NCBI GenBank assembly: GCA_963790465.1
Contig: CAWBOP010000011.1
Coordinates: forward strand, 73,984-137,983
Direction: 5' to 3'
Source: Terriglobia bacterium
GTDB lineage: Bacteria; Acidobacteriota; Polarisedimenticolia; Polarisedimenticolales; JAIQFR01
DNA: 64,000 bases
Under the pieces are notes generated by a model. That model searched no databases. It was not told where the DNA came from and saw only the letters and a list, made by a program, of their open reading frames with translations. Positions 31,204 through 40,200 of this stretch are shown here, piece by piece. The translations under genes were made by a program, and so were the position numbers. Within the stretch, counting starts at the first letter, position 1. Every line of letters begins with the position of its first letter.

Positions 31204-31693
31204 ATGACCCGCTCCGCGCCGACCGCACCTGTCCGCAATGCACTCCCCGACGAAGGCCGCTGGCTGATCGAGATCCTGCTGGCGCTCGCCATCGCGACCG
31301 CGGCGGTCTTCCTCGCGGCCCGCTACATCGCAATTCCCTGGACGGTTCTCGGCCGCTCCATGGAGCCCACGCTCGAGCCGGGCGACCGAGTCCTCGTGGA
31401 TCTTCGCTCGTATCGCGCCCGCGCACCGGCACCCGGGGAGATCGCGCTTTTCGAGGGGCCCGATCGCACTCCTCTGGTCAAGAGAGTTGTCGCCGGACCC
31501 GAGCCTTCCGACGGGCCGCCGCCGTGGTCGCTCGATCCCGGAGACCCGATCTCGCGACGTTTCTGGGTGCGAGGGGATAACGCTCGCGAGAGCGCGGACA
31601 GCAGGGTTTTCGGTGGGGGTGCCGGCCGGGAGATTTCGCGGACGGGTTATCTTTCGGTACTGGCCGGTTTCTCGGATGGGATGGGTGAGGTGA
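31204..31693 (+). CDS. lepB: Signal peptidase I (S26), with an apparent +1 indel in a G-run near the 3-prime end
   Basis: GRSMEPTLEPGDRVLVD (catalytic Ser box), PLVKRVV, GDNARESADSRVFG. The conserved C-terminus VPAGRFRGRVIFRYWP is in another frame (ORF 31487..31693). One fewer G in GGGGG 31615-31619 restores ...SRVFGGVPAGRFRGRVIFRYWPVSRMGWVR*. Confidence 0.8.
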
Positions 31694-31732
31694 CATAGCC
31701 AGTTCCTGCACGACCAATCCCAATCCCAACCC

Positions 31733-31987
31733 GACGCGGATTTCCGGGGATTTCATCCCCGGACCCCTGGCAACCACCGTTCGCAGGGATCGGCGGACCG
31801 ATCCCCGCGAACGGCGGTTTCTACCTGCAAGCCCGACCCGAGCAGGGTTCGAACTCCGGACTCCCAAGTGGAAACCTCCGTTACGGACGGCAGTCCGCTG
31901 CCGTCCGTAATGGAGGTTGCGCGGGCGTTCGCCCGCGGAGGAGAAAAATCCGTTAGCGTCGCCGCCGAGTCGGAATCCCCGCATGAC
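31733..31987. repeat. Repeat unit 1 (255-nt core)
   Basis: GACGCGGATTTCCGGGGATTTCATCCCCGG ... GAGTCGGAATCCCCGCATGAC. Has one G-to-A change in the second hairpin (GCAGGG). Confidence 0.9.
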
Positions 31988-32005
31988 AAACTTCCAATCC
32001 CGCCC

Positions 32006-32260
32006 GACGCGGATTTCCGGGGATTTCATCCCCGGACCCCTGGCAACCACCGTTCGCGGGGATCGGCGGACCGATCCCCGCGAACGGCGGTTTCTACTTG
32101 CAAGCCCGACCCGAGCAGGGTTCGAACTCCGGACTCCCAAGTGGAAACCTCCGTTACGGACGGCAGTCCGCTGCCGTCCGTAATGGAGGTTGCGCGGGCG
32201 TTCGCCCGCGGAGGAGAAAAATCCGTCAGCGTCGCCGTCGAGTCGGAATCCCCGCATGAC
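32006..32260. repeat. Repeat unit 2 (255-nt core)
   Basis: Hairpins at 32016-32036, 32050-32087 (17-bp perfect stem, loop CGGA), 32148-32189 (19-bp stem, loop TCCG) and 32193-32210 (7-bp stem, loop GTTC). Confidence 0.9.
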
Positions 32261-32322
32261 GGATCCCGATCCGGACCCGACGAACCACCGATTCTCAACC
32301 GACAAACCACCGATCCCAACCC

Positions 32323-32577
32323 GACGCGGATTTCCGGGGATTTCATCCCCGGACCCCTGGCAACCACCGTTCGCGGGGATCGGCGGACCGATCCCCGCGA
32401 ACGGCGGTTTCTACTTGCAAGCCCGACCCGAGCAGGGTTCGAACTCCGGACTCCCAAGTGGAAACCTCCGTTACGGACGGCAGTCCGCTGCCGTCCGTAA
32501 TGGAGGTTGCGCGGGCGTTCGCCCGCGGAGGAGAAAAATCCGTTAGCGTCGCCGCCGAGTCGGAATCCCCGCATGAC
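32323..32577. repeat. Repeat unit 3 (255-nt core)
   Basis: Near-identical to units 1 and 2. Confidence 0.9.
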
Positions 32578-32618
32578 GGATCCCGATCCCGGACCCGACA
32601 AACCACCGATCCCAACCC

Positions 32619-32873
32619 GACGCGGATTTCCGGGGATTTCATCCCCGGACCCCTGGCAACCACCGTTCGCGGGGATCGGCGGACCGATCCCCGCGAACGG
32701 CGGTTTCTACTTGCAAACCCGACCCGAGCGAGGTTCGAACTCCGGACTCTCCAGTGGAAACATCGATTACGGACGACGGTCCGCCGTCGTTCGTAATCGA
32801 TGTTGCGCGGGCGTTCGCCCGCGGAGGAGAAAAATCCGTTAGCGTCGCCGTCGAGTCGGAATCCCCGCATGAC
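32619..32873. repeat. Repeat unit 4 (255-nt core, variant third hairpin)
   Basis: The third hairpin, 32761-32802, has 10 substitutions relative to the other copies, yet the 19-bp stem is retained. Confidence 0.9.
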
Positions 32874-32935
32874 GGATCCCGATCCGGACCCGACGAACCA
32901 CCGATTCTCAACCGACAAACCACCAATCCCAACCC

Positions 32936-33160
32936 GACGCGGATTTCCGGGGATTTCATCCCCGGACCCCTGGCAACCACCGTTCGCGGGGATCGGCGGA
33001 CCGATCCCCGCGAACGGCGGTTTCTACTTGCAAACCCGACCCGAGCGAGGGTTCGAACTCCGGACTCCCAAGTGGAAACCTCCGTTACGGACGGCAGTCC
33101 GCTGCCGTCCGTAATGGAGGTTGCGCGGGCGTTCGCCCGCGGAGTAATAAAATCCGGATT
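32936..33160. repeat. Repeat unit 5 (3-prime end diverged after about 33144)
   Basis: Full hairpins 1-4, then GCGGAGTAATAAAATCCGG instead of GCGGAGGAGAAAAATCCGT. Confidence 0.85.
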
Positions 33161-33217
33161 CGCACACGAAAAAGCGCAGGCCCACCCGACCCGAGCGCAG
33201 GTTCGAACTCCGGACCC

Positions 33218-34038
33218 TTAAGTTGAAACCTCGCCAGGATTCAAGCTTCCGGTCCGGTAGCCTTCGAGGTCCAGGGCGACGAAGCGAAAACCGGCCGCCT
33301 TGACCGCCGCCACCACCGCGCTCCGAAGCGCGGGGTCGGACAGGCGGCGGTCGCCGTCGGGATCGAATTCCAACCTCGCGATGTCTCCGTGGTGGCGCAC
33401 CCTGAACTGGCGGAAACCGATCTCCCGCAACGACTCTTCGGCGCGTGAGACCTGGCCGAGGCGCTCCTCGGTGACCTCGATCCCGACAGGGATCCGCGAG
33501 GAGAGGCAGGCGCTGGCCGGTTTGTCCTTGGTCCTCAGGCCTGCGGCCGAGGCAAGGACACGGACATCTTCTTTCGACATGCCGGCCTCGAGCAGAGGCG
33601 CGATGACCTGCCGCTCCTCCGCCGCGCGCATGCCGGGCGGAAATCGCCGCGATCCTCCGCGATCGCGCCGTAGGCGACCGCCGGGAACCCGCGCTCGGCG
33701 GCAATGCGGCCCAGCGACTCGAACAGGGCCGACCGGCAGTGGTAGCAGCGGTCGCCGGCATTGGCGCGGTATTCCGGGATGTCGAGCTCGCCCGGGTCGA
33801 CCTCGACGTGGGAGACACCGAGGGCGGCTGCTGTGTCCCGGGCGTCGGTCTCGTCCTGCCGAGGTAGCGAGGCCGAGCGGCCGGTGACCGCGAGAACCCG
33901 GTCCGTCCCGAGCGCCTCGACCGCGAGCGAGAGCAGGACGGCGGAGTCCACCCCCCCCGAAAAGGCGACCACGACACTTCCGGCGTGACGAAGGCAGGCC
34001 AGAGCTTTTTGCTTCTTTTTAAGAATTGCTGAATTCAT
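33218..34038 (-). CDS. larE: PP-loop ATP-utilising enzyme, LarE-like sulfur transferase family (one apparent frameshift near 33632-33640)
   Basis: VVAFSGGVDSAVLL (PP-loop SGGxDS), DRCYHCRSALF, then, in a second frame (ORF 33218..33631), MRAAEERQVIAPLLEAGMSKEDVRVLA...ACLSSRIP. The join DRGDFRPGMRAAEE needs one extra base at CCGGG 33633-33637. Confidence 0.8.
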
Positions 34039-34289
34039 CGCTCGCTCCAGCCCCCGCGTCGCGTCCCGGCTTTTGGCGCTGCCCGCAGGCCGTCGCGCCG
34101 GAAATCGTCTTCTTCATCCTAGCACTTCGGCGCGACCGCCTGCGGTCGGTGGAACCGCAAAACGCAGGGGAGAACGGCTTGACAACCCGTGGCGATCACC
34201 GTACATGAACGTTGCCCCGTGAGGGAACTGTGTATCGGGTAGACTCTATAGTCCGTTGTGTCCCACTAACCCAAAAGCAGGAGGAGGAT

Positions 34290-37200
34290 ATGCGCATTCG
34301 TTTTCTCGCTGGCTGGAGAGGCCTGACGTTGGCCGCAGCCGTCGCGAGCTTGGTGCTGCTGTCGGCGACGGGAGCCTTCGCAACTGTCGTCGCGAACCCG
34401 ATCGGCGGAACCCAGGGATTCGCCGCCGCGTCGGAAGAGAACACCATCAAGCAGCCGACGCTGTACCCCAGGGCCAACTACCAGTGGCAGTACGGCACTG
34501 GCCCCTTCTATGGGGAGGTGGACGAATCGAACTGGAACGCCAAGGGGGTCATGCACCTGTCCGTCGGCTCGTTCGACACAGGCCGTGGACTCCCGAACAT
34601 TCCGCAGGAACTGCGAACGGCCGTCAAGCTTGACCGACAGGCGGCCCAGTATTTCCTGCTGCAGGTCGATCCGGCGTCGTTCGCCGACGGCTCGTTCGAC
34701 CGGCTCAAGGAGAGCGTCGAAGCAAGCGGGGGCGCCGTCGTGCAGAGCATGCCGGTCGCTGGCTTCGTCGTCCGCCTGACCCCGGCTGCCTTCTCGGCGG
34801 TCCAGGGGCAGCCCGGCGTGCTCTTCCTCGAGCCCTACCATCCCGCGTTCAGAATTTCTCCGTACCTTGGCCGCGTCCCGCTGACGGACCCGGTGAAGGC
34901 TCTGTCGAGCGTCTACTCCGTCGAGATCACGCTGTTCCCGGGCGAGGACTCCAAGGTCGTCGCGCAAGCGGTGGCCGCTCTCGGCGCGAACGTCACGGCG
35001 ATCTGGAGCGACGTGGTGAAGGCCGACGTTTCTCGCGAAAAGATCTCGCAGATCGCGGCCCTCGAGCCCGTCGCGATGATCTTCGAGGAGATTCAGAACC
35101 TCCCGAAGAGCGAAGAGACCACGACGGTTATCCAGCAGGGGCATTACACCAATGGTGCGATCCCCTACCACGACGCCGGGATCAAAGGCAGCGGGCAGCT
35201 TCTCATGGTGCTCGACAGCGGCATCCAGCTCGACGCCGGCGACATATCGGACACCTACTCCAACGCCGGAACGCCCGGCGCGCTGCACCGCAAGGTGCAG
35301 TGGTACACGACGACCAATACGTACCTCGGCGCGGGCGACGCGCTCGGGTGCGACGCGCCCCAGCAGGGCGGCTTCACGCACGGCCAGATGGTGTCAGCCA
35401 CCGCGCTCGGAAACGGCAGCGCGACGTCGCTCGCTTACGGCGGCGCGTGGTACTACACCGATCCGCTCAGCGGCAAGAAGTGGAAACTCGACGGCGTCGC
35501 GCCCGGCGCGCGCGTCGGGCTCTACGACGCCAGCGTGACCGCGACCACCACTTCCTGCGACGACCCCGCCGTGAGCGGGATCTTCCCGGGCAACATCTAC
35601 ACCCGCCCCGGCGTGGCGGGCACAGGTTCCCTGAGCGACGCGTACACGCTCGGCGCGCGCGCGTTCAACTTCTCCTGGGGTCAATACCAACAACCCGGTT
35701 TACGGCACGAACGCCACGAAGATCGACCAGTTCCTGTTCGACAACAAGGACGCCATGCTTTTCGTGTCCGCCGGCAACTCGGCCCTGGACACGGACCGCA
35801 ACGGCTTCCCGGACTCGCTCTCCGTTTCCGACCCGGCGACCGCGAAGAACGCCATGGTCGTCGGTGCGACCGACACGGCGAACGACGGCGGCCTCGACAC
35901 CACGAAGCGCCGCGCCTCCTTCTCGAGCATCGGCCCGGCGACCTTGACCTCGGGGCGCACCGCCCCGGTCATCATGGCCCCCGGCCAGGACATCGGCACT
36001 CTCGGCCCGCTGTCGGAGTACTCCTGCCGCACGAACGACAACGACCAGAACAACCCGGTCGAGTGCGACGTGATGCTCGGCGTGGCCGGCACCAGCTTCG
36101 CGTCTCCTGCCGCCGCGGGCGCGGCCCTTCTCGTTCGCGACTACTTCGTCCAGGGGTTCTATCCCGACGGCACCGCGAGCAACACGCTGAACGCGGCGGA
36201 CCAGGTCCCGAACATCTCCGGCGCGCTCGTGAAGGCGATCCTGATCGCGTCCGCCGATTTCCTCAATTACCCCTGCTACTTGGGGGATCCGAGCTGCACG
36301 ATCAGCACGGCGAACCCGACCAAGTACCGCTTCAACAACGAGCAGGGGTACGGGCGCGTCCAGTTGAACAACATCCTGCCGCTGCTCACCTACCCGAGCC
36401 CTGTCGGCCTGATCGTGGCGGACGGCGGGATGGTCGGCGGAGTCAACAACACGTCGTTCTCGGGCACCGCGGGCGCGGGCACCACCGAGACGTACACCTT
36501 CACGATCTCCGACACCACGAAAGAACTGCGGGTCGGCCTGGCCTGGATCGAGGACGCCTCGGACGCCTTGGCGAACGACCTCGATCTCGAGCTTGTGTCT
36601 CCCAGCGGAAAGATCTACTGGGGCAACTACTTCACGGACGACAACGACAGGGACCGGCAAAGCGATGTCGGCGAAGATTGCGCCGTAGCTCCGTGGGAGG
36701 CATTGGCCACCGCGGACTTCTACCCGTGGAGCCTTCCCACCTGCGCGAACTCGATGCGCGACACGAAGAACCCGACCGAGGCGATCTTCCTGTCTCCCCA
36801 CCCGGATTACACCGTCGGCGCGGGTTCCACCCTGCCTGATCCCGATCCCAAGAACCAGCTCGAGGCCGGGTCCTGGACCCTCAAGGTGATCGGACGGACG
36901 GTCCCCGCGGGCAGCCAGAAGTACGCGGTGGCGATCGCCGGGCCGGTCCAGCTCGGCTCCTCGGTTCGCCTCAACGTCTACCGGGCCATCAGCGGCACGG
37001 ACGTGCTGGTCGGCGACCTCCCCGCCTGCAACGACAAGGTGAAGGTGGTCGTCAACGAGTACGCCGACGTCACCGATCCGACGCCGACGACCTCGCAGGT
37101 CAGCGCCCGGACCGTCGTGCAGGTCCTCGACAGTGTCGGAAGCGTTATGGACCAGGAGACCAACCTGGCCTTCACGCAGGACGCCGGCACGCTCAAGTAC

Positions 37201-40200
37201 AGCTCCTCGATGGTGATCCTCACCGACAGCATGCTGCCGGTTTCCGGCAACGGCGTCCTCGATGTGCGCGATGGTCAGACGATCAAGGTGTTCTACAACG
37301 ACCAGACCAGCGGGTCGGCCGATCCGAACAAGACGCGATTCAACCAGACGACCGTCTACTGCCGCAGCACGATTCTGTTCGGCGGCGTCACGTTCGGCCT
37401 GTTCGGCAAGGACATGGCGGTGGCGATCAATGGCGGCTGCGAGCGGGATGCTCGCGGCATGTTCACGTTCGGCTACCCCGACCAGTACATGGATCACGGC
37501 GAGCTGATCGACTTCCAGATCGCCGTCCAGACAGCGGATACGACGGATCTCGAGGACGCGGTCGCCACGCTCAAGGCCGTGTACCACGACCTCGACAGCC
37601 CGGCGAGCTGCCTGCCGAACACCACCGGGTGTACCGATCCGAACCGGACGAACAACGTCCCGGTCGCAAGCTCGATTCTCACCGTGCTGGACTCGCCGAA
37701 GATTATCGGCCTCATCCCGGCCCAGTACAGCCCGAACGTCAACCAGACGTCGGCGCCGGTCTTCGCGGTGAACTTCACGATCCAGATGGGGGCCGTGATC
37801 ACCGGGAAACTCGACGTCGACATGATCCTCGGCATCTCCGCACGGAAGGCCGGCAAGCCGATCGAGGGGCTCTCCGTCTACCGGATGGACCTGAACGCCA
37901 ACGAGACGGCGCTCTATTACTCGACCGATTTCCCGACCGGCGGCACCCAGAACTACGACTGGAACAACAACGAGTCGCTCGAGAATCCCTCTTCGATGCT
38001 GGGCGATGTCAACGTCCAGTGGGACTACCACTTCGAGACCGTGACCTGGTCCGACCTGACCGCGGGCGGCACTCGTAACACGTCGCTCCAGTCGCCCTGG
38101 AAATTCGACACGAACAACGGCGGATTCCGCTCGGGGCTCAACTCCGGGACCAACGCCGCCACCTCCGGTGTGCTCGCGCAGTGGGGCGAGGACAAGAACT
38201 TCAACGACATCCTGGACACCGGTGAAGACCGCGACCCGTCCAATAGCCTTCTGGACCAGAACTGGTCCACGAAGGGCGGTTGCGGGTGGCAGACCAAGGC
38301 CCTCACCACCAGCGCCACGGGCGGTGTCTGGCACACCGGCAGGATCGACGTGACGACCCTGTCGCAATGCGCCAAGAGCGGGAGCATCAGTTCCCAGTGC
38401 CAGACTTACGAGACATACCCCGGCATCACCGCACAGAGCTACTGGTGGGAGCTCCTCGAGACGCCGGTGATCAATAAGGTCAACCCGACGGTTGACGCCG
38501 AGGGCCGGCCCGTCTACCGCGTGCAGTTCACCAACTGGGCGTGGAACATGGCAATCGACATGCCGGACTCCCTCGCGATGATCACCTGGGAGTTCGACAC
38601 CGATCTCGACAAGATCAGTCCTATCACGCTCGAGGCGGACGGCAACCTCTTCAACAGCCTGTCCGGCGCGTTCGGGACGGTCAGCATGGGCAATGCGCCG
38701 CTGACCAACGGCTTCCCGGTGTTCGCCGATTTCAACGGCACCGGCGCGACCACATCGAAGAACGGCACGATCGGCGGGAACCACGAAGGGAAGAATCCCT
38801 GCACCTTCGAGGAGTACGGATCCCGCTACACCCCGTACGGGTTTGCCCTCCCGGTCGACGACGATCTCCGTAACGGCTGGTGCGAAGCCGCGAACGTGGC
38901 GGACCGCACCTGGAACAAGCAGACGTCGTGCACGACCGCGGACCAGGCGACGGTCTGCCTGGCGCCGACGTATCACGGCCTCTGCGTGTTCGACGCCGGC
39001 TCGTCGACCGACCTGTACGTCTACAAGAACGGACCGCTGCGCAACATGAACCTCGAACACGTGAACGGTTGGATCGACGGCCGGTACTACACGCTCGAGG
39101 ACATCTACGGCGACTCCGGCTCCCGCTTCCAGGGGGCCGTCGGGTTCGTCGCGTTCGAAGGAACGACCAGCCTCGCGCCGAAGAACGGCTACGGTGTCGC
39201 GATCGACGACATGGTGGTGGAGTGGAAGGAAACACGGACCGACGAGGACACCACCACCAACTGCAGCACGGCGGGAGCCTGCGCAACGCTCAACCTCTCC
39301 GCTGGGACGTTCTACTCCGGCCTCGCGGTGCTCGAAATCACCGTGACCGACCGGTCGCCCGGCAACCTGTTGGGCGTGAATGACTGCGACCACAACGGCC
39401 TTTACACCGATCTGGGGGTAGACGACAACGACTGCGACAACAACGGAACCCCCGACGTGCCTCTCCAGGCCTACAACGACGTCGAGCCGCTCGGCGAATG
39501 GGTGGTCCTGAACCAGACCAGCGTCACAGGGGTGTTCAAAGGGAACTTGCCGATCTCCTCGGCCTTCGACTCGGCGGGCACCCTCTTCGTCCAGAAGCAG
39601 GGGACGTCGCCGGCGTCGGTGACGGTCAAGTACCTCGACCCGAACGACGGAACCGGCCAGCCCTGCAAGGCGAGCCCCGACGCCGCCCAGTGGGGCCAGG
39701 TGCAGGCCTACGCGAGCGTCTACGTTCCGTTCCTGAACGTCACCGTCAAGTCGAGCCGGGTCGTGAGCCTCACGGGAGACGGCGACGGTTTCGCCGACAC
39801 GAACGAGACGGCGCAATTGTGGATCACCATCTCGAACAAGTCCACCGTCGACCTCACCAACATCGTGGCCCGGCTGGTCTCGAACGACCCCAAGGTCGAC
39901 TGCATCCTGCAGCCGACGATCACGATGGCGTCGCTCGCCAAGCTGACCACCCAAGAGATCGGTACCCCGTTCGTGTTCCACGTTTCGTCGACAGCCAGCC
40001 GGCCGGCCGGCGGCGAGAACAGCGAATTCACGGCGAAATTCAGCGTCACGATCGCCTCCGACCAGATGGATGCGACCTCCGCTGCCCAGGAGATCACGAA
40101 GGAGTTCGATCTCGACATGACGGGCGGGGGCACGGCGCTGAACTACGTCGAGGGGTTCGAGGGGGGCTTCGGAACGTTCACCTCGATGTCGCTGGACAAG

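Larger units (their letters stand above)
31700..33230. repeat. Tandem array of a 255-nt hairpin-rich non-coding unit (5 copies + 1 partial), unclassified
   Basis: Direct inspection: core starts at 31733, 32006, 32323, 32619 and 32936 (periods 273/317/296/317). There are four stem-loops per unit and variable linkers of 18/62/41/62 nt. An extra copy of the central segment sits at 33184-33216. Confidence 0.9.

Noticed and set aside
31611-31620. Programmed ribosomal frameshift in lepB (and in larE, the S8 protease and the propeller gene)
   Set aside because: There is no slippery heptamer or downstream stimulatory structure. Three of the four sites involve simple G or C runs, and similar indels are scattered through unrelated genes. 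A technical homopolymer indel is the simpler explanation.
31846-31858. tRNA or tRNA-derived element suggested by GGTTCGAAC (T-loop-like) recurring in every repeat unit and at 33200
   Set aside because: The flanking bases do not form a T-stem (CAGGG versus CTCCG). No acceptor, D or anticodon arms can be drawn around it in either orientation.
31700-33230. CRISPR array
   Set aside because: The repeat is about 255 nt, far longer than CRISPR repeats. The 18-62-nt linkers are related to one another rather than unique spacers. No cas genes or leader are present in the window.
31700-33230. Protein-coding tandem repeat, or DGR template/variable repeat pair
   Set aside because: Unit spacings of 317 and 296 nt are not multiples of 3, and the ORFs are Arg/Gly/Pro-rich shadows on both strands. 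Differences between copies are not adenine-specific, and no reverse transcriptase is nearby.
34179-34207. Promoter call for the giant protease gene (TTGACA-17-TACATG) and a TATAGT box at 34247-34252
   Set aside because: The -10 match is weak for the first candidate, and the second has no credible -35. This is not enough to report as a feature without transcription start site data.
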